A stretch of DNA of 56,671 nucleotides, taken from an uncultured Clostridia bacterium (GTDB taxonomy: Bacteria > Bacillota > Clostridia > TANB77 > CAG-508). The position numbers were made by a program, and so were the translations under genes. The first letter of the stretch is position 1; each line of letters opens with the position of its first letter. Below the pieces are notes generated by a model, which was given only the letters and a program-made list of their open reading frames with translations, did not search any database and had not been told where the DNA came from. Shown here piece after piece: positions 40,624 through 50,619 of this stretch. The DNA lies in the NCBI GenBank assembly GCA_947632145.1, contig CANRNW010000005.1, forward strand, positions 1 to 56,671, read 5' to 3'.

Positions 40624-41252
40624 AACAAAAGACAAGGAGAAAAGCGTTGGAAAAAACAATAAAAAATACAAGCGTGTCGAGCATTACTACTTTAAAATCA
40701 CTAAAAAAAGCAATAATACCAATAATATTAGCAATAATTTTAATATTGTTATTTAGTGTAATAAGAGTACAAGACATTTTTATAAAAACGATATATCCAC
40801 AAAAGTACAATGAGTATGTTGAAAAATATGCTTTGCAATATGGTGTAGATAGTATGCTTGTTTATGCAATAATAAAGGCTGAAAGTAATTTTAATCCAAA
40901 TATAAAGTCTAATAGTAATGCTATGGGACTCATGCAATTATTAGAAAATACAGCAAAGGAAACTGCAAATAAAATTGAAATAGAATATACAGATGGATGT
41001 TTGTATGATCCAGAAACTAATATAAAATTAGGAATAAAGTACTTTTCAGATTTATTAAAAGAATATGATAATAATTATATGTTGGCTTTAACTGCTTATA
41101 ATGCAGGCACAGGAAATTTAAAGAAATGGATAGAACAGGGAATTATTAAACCAGATGGAAGCAATATAGAAGATATACCATATAAAGAAACAAATAATTA
41201 TGTAAGAAAAATTGTTAGGGACTATAATATATATAAAGATTTATACAATTAA
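40605..41252 (+). CDS. Membrane-anchored lytic transglycosylase (SLT domain)
   Basis: AIIKAESNFNPNIKSNSNAMGLMQL and AYNAG motifs. TTG start overlaps the polA 3' end. Confidence 0.8.
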   Translation: MVRIKIEQKTRRKALEKTIKNTSVSSITTLKSLKKAIIPIILAIILILLFSVIRVQDIFIKTIYPQKYNEYVEKYALQYGVDSMLVYAIIKAESNFNPNIKSNSNAMGLMQLLENTAKETANKIEIEYTDGCLYDPETNIKLGIKYFSDLLKEYDNNYMLALTAYNAGTGNLKKWIEQGIIKPDGSNIEDIPYKETNNYVRKIVRDYNIYKDLYN

Positions 41253-41318
41253 ATATTATAGGAAACGATGCTTTTGTCGTTTCGGCATTCAATAGTAATA
41301 ATTATAGGAGGTAGTAAA

Positions 41319-42333
41319 ATGAGTGTTTTAGTAACAGGTGGAGCAGGTTTTATAGGAAGTCATACAGTAGTTGAATTATTAGAAGCTGGAAGGGAAATTG
41401 TTATAATAGATAATTTTTCAAATAGTAAACCTAAGGCATTAGAAGCCATAAAAAAAATAACTGGAAAAGATTTTAAATTTTACGAAGCTGATTATACAGA
41501 CAGAAAAGCTGTAGAGAAAATTTTTGAAGAAAACGAAATTGATTCTGTAATAAACTTTGCAGGTTTTAAAGCGGTTGGAGAATCAGTAGAAAAACCAATA
41601 GAATACTATACGAATAATGTATATGGAGTTTTAGTTTTACTAGATATAATGAGAAAGTATGGAGTAAAGAAACTTATATTTAGTTCATCTGCAACAGTAT
41701 ATGGAGACCCAGAAGTTGTACCTATTACAGAAGATTGCAAAATAGGTGGAACTACTAATCCTTATGGATCAAGCAAATTATTTATAGAACAAATCTTAAA
41801 GGATGTATACAGATCAGATAATACTTGGGATATTTCTATATTAAGATATTTTAATCCAGTAGGAGCACATAAAAGTGGCTTGATAGGAGAAGAACCACAA
41901 GGAAGACCTAATAATTTAATGCCATTTATTTCAAGAGTTGCATCAGGTGAATTAAAAGAATTATCTATATTCGGAAATGATTATAATACAAAAGATGGAA
42001 CAGGAGTTAGAGATTACATACATGTTGTTGATTTAGCAAAGGGACACATAAAGGCATTAGAAAAATTGGAAAGAGAAAAATCTGGATTGTTTATTTATAA
42101 CTTAGGAACTGGAACTGGTTACAGTGTTTTAGATATGGTAAATGCATTTGAAAAATCAACAGGGAAAGAAGTAAAATATAAAATTGTTCCTAGAAGAGCA
42201 GGAGATATAGCAACATGCTATTCAGATCCAACCAAAGCAAAAAATGAGCTTCGGATGGGTTGCAGAAAAGGGAATAGAAGAAATGTGCAAAGATTCTTGG
42301 AATTTCATAGAAACAAAAAACAAACAGTGTTAA
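41319..42333 (+). CDS. galE: UDP-glucose 4-epimerase; +1 frame break at in-frame CGG 42252-42254
   Basis: [15 protein letters not shown] start (RBS aggagg) and YGSSK. After ...DPTKAKNEL the +1 frame reads [26 protein letters not shown]-stop, the conserved GalE C-terminus, ending in the terminator. The unshifted frame instead runs through the terminator into the convergent gene. Confidence 0.88.
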
Positions 42334-42349
42334 CACTGTTTGTTTTTTT
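42315..42349. terminator. Bidirectional terminator (perfect palindrome)
   Basis: aaaaaacaaacagtgttaacactgtttgttttttt. Confidence 0.85.
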
Positions 42350-42359
42350 ATTATTGTAT

Positions 42360-43610
42360 TTATTTTATATAATCTTCTGGTTTTGGCAATGTTACAATTT
42401 TTTGTGTATAATCTAAATTCGCTTGTGAATCTTGAAGATATTCTAAAGTATATATGTTTGTTGCTAAAACATCTATATTTAACATTCTAATTAAATTTCT
42501 ATTGTTAGAAGTGTTGTAAAAATCTTTTACAGATGTAATTACTGGTAGCTTTGGATTAGATTTTGATAATTCAGATAACAATTCTCTGCCTTTATCATCT
42601 AAACCTAATACACGGATATAAGGATTTACTTTTTTAGAATTTTGCATATCATCTTTTGTAATACCAAGTAAAGCATATAATAAAATTCTTTGAACTCGTG
42701 ATTGAGTATATGTTTTTGATTTTACCATTGAAATTATTTTTTCATAAGAGTTACAAGAATTTATAGCATACATTAAAGAATTTGCTAAACCAAATGTAAC
42801 ATCTGGTAAGTTGCTTATTTGATTTAATGTCATTCTACGTAATGTATATAAAATTTCTCTTTCAAATGCTGCAATATCTAGTACAGACTTTCCACTATTT
42901 ATTTGTCTTGCAAGAATGTCATAAGTGAATTTTGGTACTAAATTTGTTATATTTTTATTTTCGCAAAGTAACTCGCGGATATGTGTACTACTAGCATAAT
43001 TTTCAACTATTTCTTCACTATCGTGCTCAACAGCGTTTCTTTTTACTGTAAGTGGTAAAATATTACTTTTTTGTTTTTTTATAGCTTTTAAATATTCTAT
43101 ACCTAATATATTATTAGGAGCTGAAAGGGTATTAGCATATTTTCTAATATCATTAACATACATAAGTAAAGCATTTTCTCTAGCTTTAGGATAAGAAATT
43201 CCAGTTTGTAGTTCATGATTTAATAAAGATCTGTATTCTTGTGGTTCTTTGTACAATATTTCTGCAAACTTATTCAATGTATTGATATCTCCACATTCAC
43301 TACCAAAAGATAAAACAGTATCTAATTTAAAAGAATCTAATATTTTAATACAACCTTCTGCAAAGTTTTCAGCACTAGAGGTACTGTATATGGTAGGTAA
43401 TTCAATTACCAAATTTGCTCCAGCATGAAGTGCCATTTCTGCTTTTGACCATTTATCAATAATAGATACATTTCCTCTTTGAACAAAATTACCAGAAATA
43501 ATACATACTGTATAATCAGGATTTACTAATTCTTTTGATTGCTCAATATGATACAAATGACCATTATGAAATGGATTATATTCAGCTATAATTCCTAAAA
43601 CCTTTCCCAT
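42360..43610 (-). CDS. tmcAL: tRNA(Met) cytidine acetate ligase (YlbM/UPF0348 nucleotidyltransferase)
   Basis: [17 protein letters not shown] start and an approx. 416-aa size typical of TmcAL. Confidence 0.78.
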   Translation of the reverse strand: MGKVLGIIAEYNPFHNGHLYHIEQSKELVNPDYTVCIISGNFVQRGNVSIIDKWSKAEMALHAGANLVIELPTIYSTSSAENFAEGCIKILDSFKLDTVLSFGSECGDINTLNKFAEILYKEPQEYRSLLNHELQTGISYPKARENALLMYVNDIRKYANTLSAPNNILGIEYLKAIKKQKSNILPLTVKRNAVEHDSEEIVENYASSTHIRELLCENKNITNLVPKFTYDILARQINSGKSVLDIAAFEREILYTLRRMTLNQISNLPDVTFGLANSLMYAINSCNSYEKIISMVKSKTYTQSRVQRILLYALLGITKDDMQNSKKVNPYIRVLGLDDKGRELLSELSKSNPKLPVITSVKDFYNTSNNRNLIRMLNIDVLATNIYTLEYLQDSQANLDYTQKIVTLPKPEDYIK

Positions 43611-43715
43611 TACAAACCTCCACTTGAGAAATTTCTTTTAAATATTGTTTATTATACAATTAATTGATATAATATCACAAAAAGGAAAAAAAAACAATAA
43701 TAAGGAGGAAGTTTT

Positions 43716-44150
43716 TTGGATAAAGTTGTAATTTATACAGATGGAGCATGTTCAGGAAACCCAGGACCAGGAGGTTGGGGAACTATATTGATGTATAAAG
43801 ATATAAAAAAAGAGATTAGTGGGCGAAATGAGAATACAACAAATAATGTTATGGAAATAACTGCTGTAATAGAAGGATTAAAAATGCTAAAACATGAATG
43901 TGAAGTAGAGATATATAGTGATAGCGCTTATGTTGTAAACGCGTTTAATCATGGATGGATTTACAATTGGCAAAAAAATAATTGGAAAACTGCAGGAAAA
44001 GATCCAGTAAAGAATAAAGAGTTGTGGGAAGAGCTATATACTCTAATAAAAAGGCATAAAGTAACTTTTATTAAGGTAAAAGGACACGCAGATAATCCTT
44101 ATAATAATAGATGTGATGAATTAGCAAGAAATGCAATATCTGGTAAATAA
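43716..44150 (+). CDS. rnhA: Ribonuclease HI
   Basis: [32 protein letters not shown] and [16 protein letters not shown] motifs. TTG start after RBS aaggagg. Confidence 0.9.
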   Translation: MDKVVIYTDGACSGNPGPGGWGTILMYKDIKKEISGRNENTTNNVMEITAVIEGLKMLKHECEVEIYSDSAYVVNAFNHGWIYNWQKNNWKTAGKDPVKNKELWEELYTLIKRHKVTFIKVKGHADNPYNNRCDELARNAISGK

Positions 44151-44283
44151 TTACAATAATATTACACTATTGTTAAGTTTATATTACAATTGTTGAAAAA
44201 TAAACAATATTGAAATATAATGATTTAAAATTATAGAATTAAATATTACAATAAACATAAGAAAAATAGGAGGGAGAAAGTAT

Positions 44284-44829
44284 ATGGAGACTTTCGCAGA
44301 GTACATTTTAGAAGAGCCAGATTATATTAAGAAAATGGAAATTGTGTATTACCTAAAGAAAAAAGTTGATATCTTTTATGATAAATCTGTAATATTAAAA
44401 ACTGAATTAGCAAAATTATTTATGGATACAATGAAAGTTAATGTTGATGAAAATCTAGTACTTACTGCTTGCCTATTATGCGCGTGTAAGAAAAAAGATA
44501 ATCCACAAACAAGAGAAGAAATTGAACAATATGCAAAAGAAAGTGCAGAGTTTTTAAAAACATTAGGATTTTCAGACAAGTTTTGTAAAATATGTTTACA
44601 ACAAAATAGATATAGTGGAAGCGTTCCAAGAGAAAAGGAAAGCGATATATTAGAATTAGTTGATAACTTTGGTGGAATGCTTATGCATAGACCTGAAAGA
44701 AGAGGATTCCCAGTTGATGAAGCATTAGTATTGCTAAAAGAAAGAAATTTAAAAGATAAAAATAATATATATCTAGATCAATTTGTTAACTTTATAGAAC
44801 AAATGAAGGAGGTAAAAATAAGTGGTTAG
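44284..44829 (+). CDS. Hypothetical protein (181 aa)
   Basis: RBS aggaggg upstream. Helical-looking with several Cys. No family recognised. Confidence 0.55.
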   Translation: METFAEYILEEPDYIKKMEIVYYLKKKVDIFYDKSVILKTELAKLFMDTMKVNVDENLVLTACLLCACKKKDNPQTREEIEQYAKESAEFLKTLGFSDKFCKICLQQNRYSGSVPREKESDILELVDNFGGMLMHRPERRGFPVDEALVLLKERNLKDKNNIYLDQFVNFIEQMKEVKISG

Positions 44830-45187
44830 AGAATTTTCGCAAATAGAGTGTTTAGTGCAAGGAATAAATAATGCAGATGGAATAAATGAATGTATTGAAG
44901 TTATTACATCTACAAGAGAAAAAGTAAGAAGAGCACAATTGCAATCAAAACAGAATGGAAACAAAGAAAATGACAAAGCTGTTCCAGAAAATTTAGTTAG
45001 TTCAATACAAGCAAGTATGAACCGCAATGTAATTAGAAATACTAAAAATATGGCAGATGCATTGGAAAATGCTGTTAAGGGAAGAATTGCAGAAGCAAAA
45101 GAACAAGGAAAAGAAATAAATAATATAGTAATTGATGACAATGGAATTAAAGCAGGAAATAGCAAAGATGATGGAGAAGAGAGATAA
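44822..45187 (+). CDS. Hypothetical charged protein (121 aa)
   Basis: GTG start 9 nt after RBS ggagg, overlapping the previous stop by 8 nt. Lys/Glu/Asn-rich. Confidence 0.5.
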   Translation: MVREFSQIECLVQGINNADGINECIEVITSTREKVRRAQLQSKQNGNKENDKAVPENLVSSIQASMNRNVIRNTKNMADALENAVKGRIAEAKEQGKEINNIVIDDNGIKAGNSKDDGEER

Positions 45188-45207
45188 CATTAGAAAGGAT
45201 GTAACAA

Positions 45208-46404
45208 ATGTACGAGATATTTGCAGATTTGCATGTCCACATAGGAAGAAGTGAAAATAATAAACCAATAAAAATAACTGCGGCAAGGTCTTTAAACTTT
45301 GCAAATATTGCAAAAGAATGTGTAAATAGAAAAGGTATAAATGTTGTAGGAATTATAGATTGTGCATCTCCTTATGTAATAGAAGATATAGAGAAATTTT
45401 TATCTGATGGAGATGCTTATGAAATTAAAGATGGTGGAATTATATATAAAGATAAAGTTTGTATAATTTTAGGAAGTGAAATAGAAACATCTGAAATAAA
45501 TGAGCACGGAAAAACAGGTAGTGCTCATAATTTATGTTATTTTCCTTTTTTAAAAGACATAAAGGCTTTTTCAAATGAAATGAGTAATCATATAAGTAAT
45601 ATTACTCTTAGTTCACAAAGAGCTGATATCTCTGCTTATGAGCTTATAGACATTGTAGAAAAATACAATGGAATATTAGTTCCAGCACATGCATTTACAC
45701 CACATAAAAGTTTTTATGGAAATTGTACAGATAGATTAGAAAAAATATTTAAAGAAAAGTATTCTAGAATTCCTGCTATTGAATTAGGATTGAGTTCAGA
45801 TACTTTCTTAGCAGATACAATATCTGAGTTAGAAAGTAAAACATTTTTAACTAATTCAGATGCACATTCTTTACCTAAAATTGCTAGAGAATACAATAAA
45901 ATGCTATTAGAAGATATTAGTTTTAAAGAAATTGTTAAGGCATTAAAAAATGAAAATGGAAGAAAGATTGTAGCAAATTATGGATTAGATCCTAAACTTG
46001 GAAAATATCATAGAACATATTGTGAAGTGTGTGAAAAAAATATAGATGGAATTGCACCTGTAACAAAATGTGACACTTGTGATAGCAGAAATATCACAAT
46101 GGGAGTGTTTGACAGAATTGAACAAATAAAAGATAAACCTAAAACAATGAGCCCTAAAAATAGGCCACCATATTACTATCAAATACCTCTTACATTCATA
46201 CCAGGACTTGGAAGTAAAACAATAGATAAATTGTTAAACAATTTTGAAACGGAAATGAATATATTACACAAATTGTCATTTGATGATATAGAAGCAGTTG
46301 TTGGAGAAAAAATTGCTAGAAATATAATCAATGCAAGAGATGGAAAGGTTAATATTGAAGCTGGTGGCGGAGGAATATATGGACATATTTCTAATGTAAA
46401 TTAA
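45208..46404 (+). CDS. Endonuclease Q-like protein (PHP-fold, TIGR00375 family) with Zn-ribbon
   Basis: FADLHVHIGRS start, later HAFTPH and SDAHS metal ligands, and CEVCEKN...CDTCDS. Confidence 0.7.
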   Translation: MYEIFADLHVHIGRSENNKPIKITAARSLNFANIAKECVNRKGINVVGIIDCASPYVIEDIEKFLSDGDAYEIKDGGIIYKDKVCIILGSEIETSEINEHGKTGSAHNLCYFPFLKDIKAFSNEMSNHISNITLSSQRADISAYELIDIVEKYNGILVPAHAFTPHKSFYGNCTDRLEKIFKEKYSRIPAIELGLSSDTFLADTISELESKTFLTNSDAHSLPKIAREYNKMLLEDISFKEIVKALKNENGRKIVANYGLDPKLGKYHRTYCEVCEKNIDGIAPVTKCDTCDSRNITMGVFDRIEQIKDKPKTMSPKNRPPYYYQIPLTFIPGLGSKTIDKLLNNFETEMNILHKLSFDDIEAVVGEKIARNIINARDGKVNIEAGGGGIYGHISNVN

Positions 46405-46416
46405 AACAATAAAAAA

Positions 46417-46450
46417 AGAAGAGATACATTGCAATGTATCTCTTCTTATG
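46417..46450 (+). terminator. Hairpin terminator (weak T tail)
   Basis: aagaagagatacat / atgtatctcttctt stem. Confidence 0.55.
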
Positions 46451-46483
46451 ATAAAATTTGAAAAAAAGTAAGGGAGAACATAA

Positions 46484-47224
46484 ATGAGAGCTTTAATAAC
46501 TGGTGCATCTTCTGGTATTGGAAGAGATTTAGCAAGAGTATTAGCACGTAAGGGATATGAATTAGTTTTAGTAGCAAGAGATGAAGAAAAACTAAAAGAA
46601 TTGAAAGAAGAATTAAAAAATACAGAAGTAAAAATTATATCAATGGATTTATCTATAGCTCAAAATTGCCAAAAACTATATTCAGAAAATAAAAACATAG
46701 ATTTATTAGTAAATAATGCTGGATTTGGAGACTGTGGATATTTCTCACAAACAAGTTTAGAAAAAGAATTAAAAATGATAGATACAAATATAGTAGCATA
46801 TCATATTTTAATGAAATTATATTTAATAGAAATGAAAAAAAGGAACAAAGGGCACATATTAAATGTGGCATCAATAGCTGGATTTATGCCAGGACCTTTA
46901 ATGGCAACTTATTATGCTACAAAGGCATATATAGTAAGAATCTCCGAAGGAGTACGAGAAGAATTAAAAAAGGAAAAGTCAAAGGTAAAAATTAGTATTT
47001 TGTGTCCTGGACCTGTGAATACTAATTTTAATAAAGTTGCAAATGTTAAATTTTCTATTAGAGAAGCAAGTAGCTATAAAGTTTCAAAGTATGCAATAGA
47101 ACATTTGAATAAATTTTATATAGTTCCAGGAATTGATATAAAAATTGCCAAATTTGGCATACGTTTACTACCATCATCTTTAATGTCTAAGATAACATAT
47201 GCAATACAAAAAAGGAAATTATAA
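46484..47224 (+). CDS. Short-chain dehydrogenase/reductase
   Basis: ITGASSGIGRDLA, NNAG and YYATK motifs. Confidence 0.85.
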   Translation: MRALITGASSGIGRDLARVLARKGYELVLVARDEEKLKELKEELKNTEVKIISMDLSIAQNCQKLYSENKNIDLLVNNAGFGDCGYFSQTSLEKELKMIDTNIVAYHILMKLYLIEMKKRNKGHILNVASIAGFMPGPLMATYYATKAYIVRISEGVREELKKEKSKVKISILCPGPVNTNFNKVANVKFSIREASSYKVSKYAIEHLNKFYIVPGIDIKIAKFGIRLLPSSLMSKITYAIQKRKL

Positions 47225-47339
47225 ATTAAGGGGGGTGAAATTTTAACTACACCATATACACTTGCATAATATTTAAAACAATATAGTTTGATAGAAAATT
47301 AGATATTGTAAATTATATATAATGAAAGGAATGATTTTA

Positions 47340-48209
47340 ATGGAAAAGGCAAAGGTTTATTTTACAAAAAATATAACTCCAGAAAATATGATTAAAATGT
47401 ATGAAGCGGTTGGTAAAAAATTAGAAGGAAAAATCGCTATAAAAGTACATTCAGGAGAAGAAGGAAATCAAAACTATCTACATCCAGAGTTTATGAAACC
47501 AATAGTAGAATATGTTAAAGGAACAATTGTAGAGTGTAATACTGCTTATGATGGGGAAAGAAATACTACAGAGAAGCATATAAAACTATTAAAAAATCAT
47601 GGTTGGAGTGAGTATTTTGATGTAGATTTAATGGATGCAGAAGGACCAGATTTAGAATTAGAAATTCCAAACGGAACAGTAATTAAGAAAAACTTTTTAG
47701 GAAAAAATATTAAAAATTATGATTCAATGCTTGTATTATCACACTTTAAAGGACATCCAATGGGAGGATATGGTGGAGCATTAAAACAATTATCTATTGG
47801 TTGTGCATCTAGCTTTGGTAAGGCATATATTCATGGTGCGGGACATCCAGGAGAAATGTGGTCAGCTAATCATGATAAATTTTTAGAATCAATGGCTGAT
47901 GCAGCTTCATCAGTAGTTAAATATTTTAAAGGAAATATTGTATATATAAATGTTATGTGCAATATGTCTGTCGATTGCGATTGCTGTTCAGTAGCAGAAG
48001 ATCCTTGCATAAAAGATATAGGAATTTTAGCATCATTAGACCCAGTTGCAATAGATAAGGCTTGCATAGATTTAGTAAAAAATTCAGAAGATAAGGGAAA
48101 AGAACACTTACTAGAAAGAATTAACTCAAGAAATGGTACGCACACAATAGATATGGCAGAAAAATTAAATATTGGAACAAAAGAATATGAATTGATAAAT
48201 TTGGATTAA
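47340..48209 (+). CDS. DUF362 domain protein
   Basis: KVYFTK...IAIKVHSGEEGNQNYLHPEF pattern and a C-terminal Cys-rich CDCC segment. Confidence 0.7.
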   Translation: MEKAKVYFTKNITPENMIKMYEAVGKKLEGKIAIKVHSGEEGNQNYLHPEFMKPIVEYVKGTIVECNTAYDGERNTTEKHIKLLKNHGWSEYFDVDLMDAEGPDLELEIPNGTVIKKNFLGKNIKNYDSMLVLSHFKGHPMGGYGGALKQLSIGCASSFGKAYIHGAGHPGEMWSANHDKFLESMADAASSVVKYFKGNIVYINVMCNMSVDCDCCSVAEDPCIKDIGILASLDPVAIDKACIDLVKNSEDKGKEHLLERINSRNGTHTIDMAEKLNIGTKEYELINLD

Positions 48210-48269
48210 ATATTGTAGGGTACTATTTACAAGAATATTAGTAGGGATCCAATTAAGGAGGAATTTATA

Positions 48270-48827
48270 ATGGAAAAGATAGAAAATTCAAAAAAAATAA
48301 CAGATGTATTATCAAGCAGAAAGGCTAAATATATTGTTGGAACGACTTTGTTAAGCGTAATAGGAGTTGCTTTACCTAGAGTATTTCACGTAATTGCAGG
48401 AGCAAGTAGTGGAGCAACATTTTTACCAATGCACATTGCAGTTTTAATAGCAGCATTAACATTTGGAATTACAAGTAGTACAATAGTTGCAGGAACTTCT
48501 ATAGTTTGTAGTTATTTATTAACTGGTATGCCAACGTTAGCTCGATTACCATATATGTTAATAGAACTTGTAATTTATGCTGTTTTATTAGGTATATTTA
48601 ATAAGAAATTCAATAGCTATATTTCTTTAATTGCAACAATTGTGTTAGGAAGAGTTTTGTATGCAGGAGTATTGTTTGCAGCAATCAATGTAATTGGTTT
48701 ACCAACATATGGAATATCTGTAATAGAATCAATTAAAGTAGGAATGCCAGGAATAATAATACAATTAGCTTGTGTTCCTATAATTGCAAAAATTATGAAT
48801 GAAAGGTTAAATTTAAAAAATGACTAA
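48270..48827 (+). CDS. ECF-transporter S-component-like membrane protein
   Basis: About 185 aa with 5-6 TM helices. RBS aaggagg upstream. Confidence 0.6.
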   Translation: MEKIENSKKITDVLSSRKAKYIVGTTLLSVIGVALPRVFHVIAGASSGATFLPMHIAVLIAALTFGITSSTIVAGTSIVCSYLLTGMPTLARLPYMLIELVIYAVLLGIFNKKFNSYISLIATIVLGRVLYAGVLFAAINVIGLPTYGISVIESIKVGMPGIIIQLACVPIIAKIMNERLNLKND

Positions 48828-49224
48828 TTTAGAGATTGTAAAGAAAAGATTATATGAAACAAATGCTAGTTTAGTTGTATTATATAAAAATGGGAATTGC
48901 AAAGAATATTATAATAGACGAGTTGAAGATATTGTTAATATATTAAAAGAAAATAAAGATGCACTAAATGGGGCAACAATAGCAGATAAAGTAATAGGAA
49001 AAGTCGCAGGAAGTCTTTTAGCTGTGGCTAAGGTAGAAGCAATATATGCAGATACAATAAGTAAATACGCAATACCGGTTTTGGATGAAAACAATATAAA
49101 ATACGAATACAATAAAAAGGTAGAGTTTATCCAAAATAATGATAAAAATGGAATGTGCCCTATGGAGAATAAATTTAAAGATGAAGTAAATTTGATAGCA
49201 ATATACAATTATTTTGTTAAATAG
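48820..49224 (+). CDS. DUF1893 (TM1506-like) protein
   Basis: ASLVVLYKNG...DKVIGKVAGSLLA...CPME pattern. Overlaps the previous stop by 8 nt. Confidence 0.65.
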   Translation: MTNLEIVKKRLYETNASLVVLYKNGNCKEYYNRRVEDIVNILKENKDALNGATIADKVIGKVAGSLLAVAKVEAIYADTISKYAIPVLDENNIKYEYNKKVEFIQNNDKNGMCPMENKFKDEVNLIAIYNYFVK

Positions 49225-49236
49225 GAGATAGATATA

Positions 49237-49854
49237 ATGCCAAATTGGAAAATTCATTTAGAAATAGGTAAAAGATTAAACAAGTATTTTAATTATAATA
49301 AAGAAGACTTAAATTTATTTTTACTTGGAACTATACTTCCAGATATCAATAATTGTTATATTGTAACAGATATATCTAAACAAATAGATCATGATATTAC
49401 TCATTTTGGAACATATAAGGATTTAAATTATACAGATTTTTATAAAAAATATAAAAGCGAAATAGATAATAAAAAACCTGTATTTAATGGTTATATGGCT
49501 CATATATATACAGATAATATGTGGAATAGAAATTTCTACTATAATAAATTTCAAAAGTTAGATAATTTGCCAGAGAATCGTGATGAAATAAGAAAAATGA
49601 AGCAAAGCGATTTTAAAGTTTATAATAACAAATATATAAAAGATACACTTGAAATAAATAACATAGACACATCTTTAGAAGAAATTAAAAAGATAGATGA
49701 AGTATCAATTACAAAAGAGGACATATTAAAAGTAATAAACTTTTTAGATAATCAGAAAAAATATGTCGCAAAGCTTAATTTCTATTCTATGGAAGAATTG
49801 GATAATCTTATGGAGAATACAATAACAGAATATGCTAATTTACTTAAAAAATAA
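49237..49854 (+). CDS. Hypothetical protein, possibly zinc-dependent phospholipase-C-like fold
   Basis: N-terminal W-x2-H (MPNWKIHLEIG), later LPDINN and HIYTDNMWN His/Asp positions. This is a weak call. Confidence 0.4.
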   Translation: MPNWKIHLEIGKRLNKYFNYNKEDLNLFLLGTILPDINNCYIVTDISKQIDHDITHFGTYKDLNYTDFYKKYKSEIDNKKPVFNGYMAHIYTDNMWNRNFYYNKFQKLDNLPENRDEIRKMKQSDFKVYNNKYIKDTLEINNIDTSLEEIKKIDEVSITKEDILKVINFLDNQKKYVAKLNFYSMEELDNLMENTITEYANLLKK

Positions 49855-49934
49855 TATTGAGATAATATATTGAATACTTTTTTATGTTATAGTATAATGC
49901 GTATATAATAACAAAAGATAGGGAGGATAAAACC

Positions 49935-50537
49935 ATGAAAAAATCAACAAAAATAGCAATTATAGCAATAGCTATAGCATTAGTAGTAATTGCAATAATT
50001 GTTTCTGTAGTAATAGGACTAAATTCAAATAAAGATAATAAGGTGAAAGCAGAACCTAGCAAACTAAGTGAAATTAGCAGTGCAGAAGATTTGGAGAAAC
50101 TAATTGATAAAATATATGAAGGAAATGAAAATTTGCCAGCTTTAGAAACACGAGTAATAGAAGTGGCAGATGATATAACTGTTCATATGCTTACAGGTCT
50201 TGAAAATGGAGAAGATTTAGAATATCTTGTTGCATCAGAACCTTTAATAAATGCTAAGGCATATTCACTTGTAATTGCAAAGGTAAAGGATGGAGTAAAT
50301 GCTGATAAAATTGCAAAAGAAATGAATGAAAAAATCGATCAAAGAAAATGGATATGTGTTTCAGCTGAAAAAGTATATTCAACTAGCAGTGGAGATGTAG
50401 TATTCCTTGTAATGGCAAGTGAAGAAGAAGCAAAACCAATATATGACAAGTTTAAAGAATTAGCAGGAACTGTTGGAGAAAAATATGAAAAAGAGGAAGA
50501 AGAGATAGAATTACCACCAGATATATACCAATTTTAA
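49935..50537 (+). CDS. Membrane-anchored DUF4358-like protein
   Basis: N-terminal TM helix. The C-terminal domain pattern AYSLVIAKVKDG...VFLVMASEEEAKPIYDKFKE is DUF4358-like. Confidence 0.55.
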   Translation: MKKSTKIAIIAIAIALVVIAIIVSVVIGLNSNKDNKVKAEPSKLSEISSAEDLEKLIDKIYEGNENLPALETRVIEVADDITVHMLTGLENGEDLEYLVASEPLINAKAYSLVIAKVKDGVNADKIAKEMNEKIDQRKWICVSAEKVYSTSSGDVVFLVMASEEEAKPIYDKFKELAGTVGEKYEKEEEEIELPPDIYQF

Positions 50538-50544
50538 AAACATA

Positions 50545-50590
50545 ATATCGCCGTATGAAATATCTATTTTTTACGGCGATATATTTTATT
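50545..50590 (+). terminator. Hairpin terminator
   Basis: atatcgccgta / tacggcgatat stem followed by a T-rich tail. Confidence 0.6.
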
Positions 50591-50619
50591 ATGCAAAAAA
50601 CTTATATAAGGAGAAATGT

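Noticed and set aside
44151-44283. Repeated ATATTACA words upstream of the 44284 ORF
   Set aside because: Short AT-only words are expected by chance at this base composition. No dyad symmetry or known operator consensus was seen.
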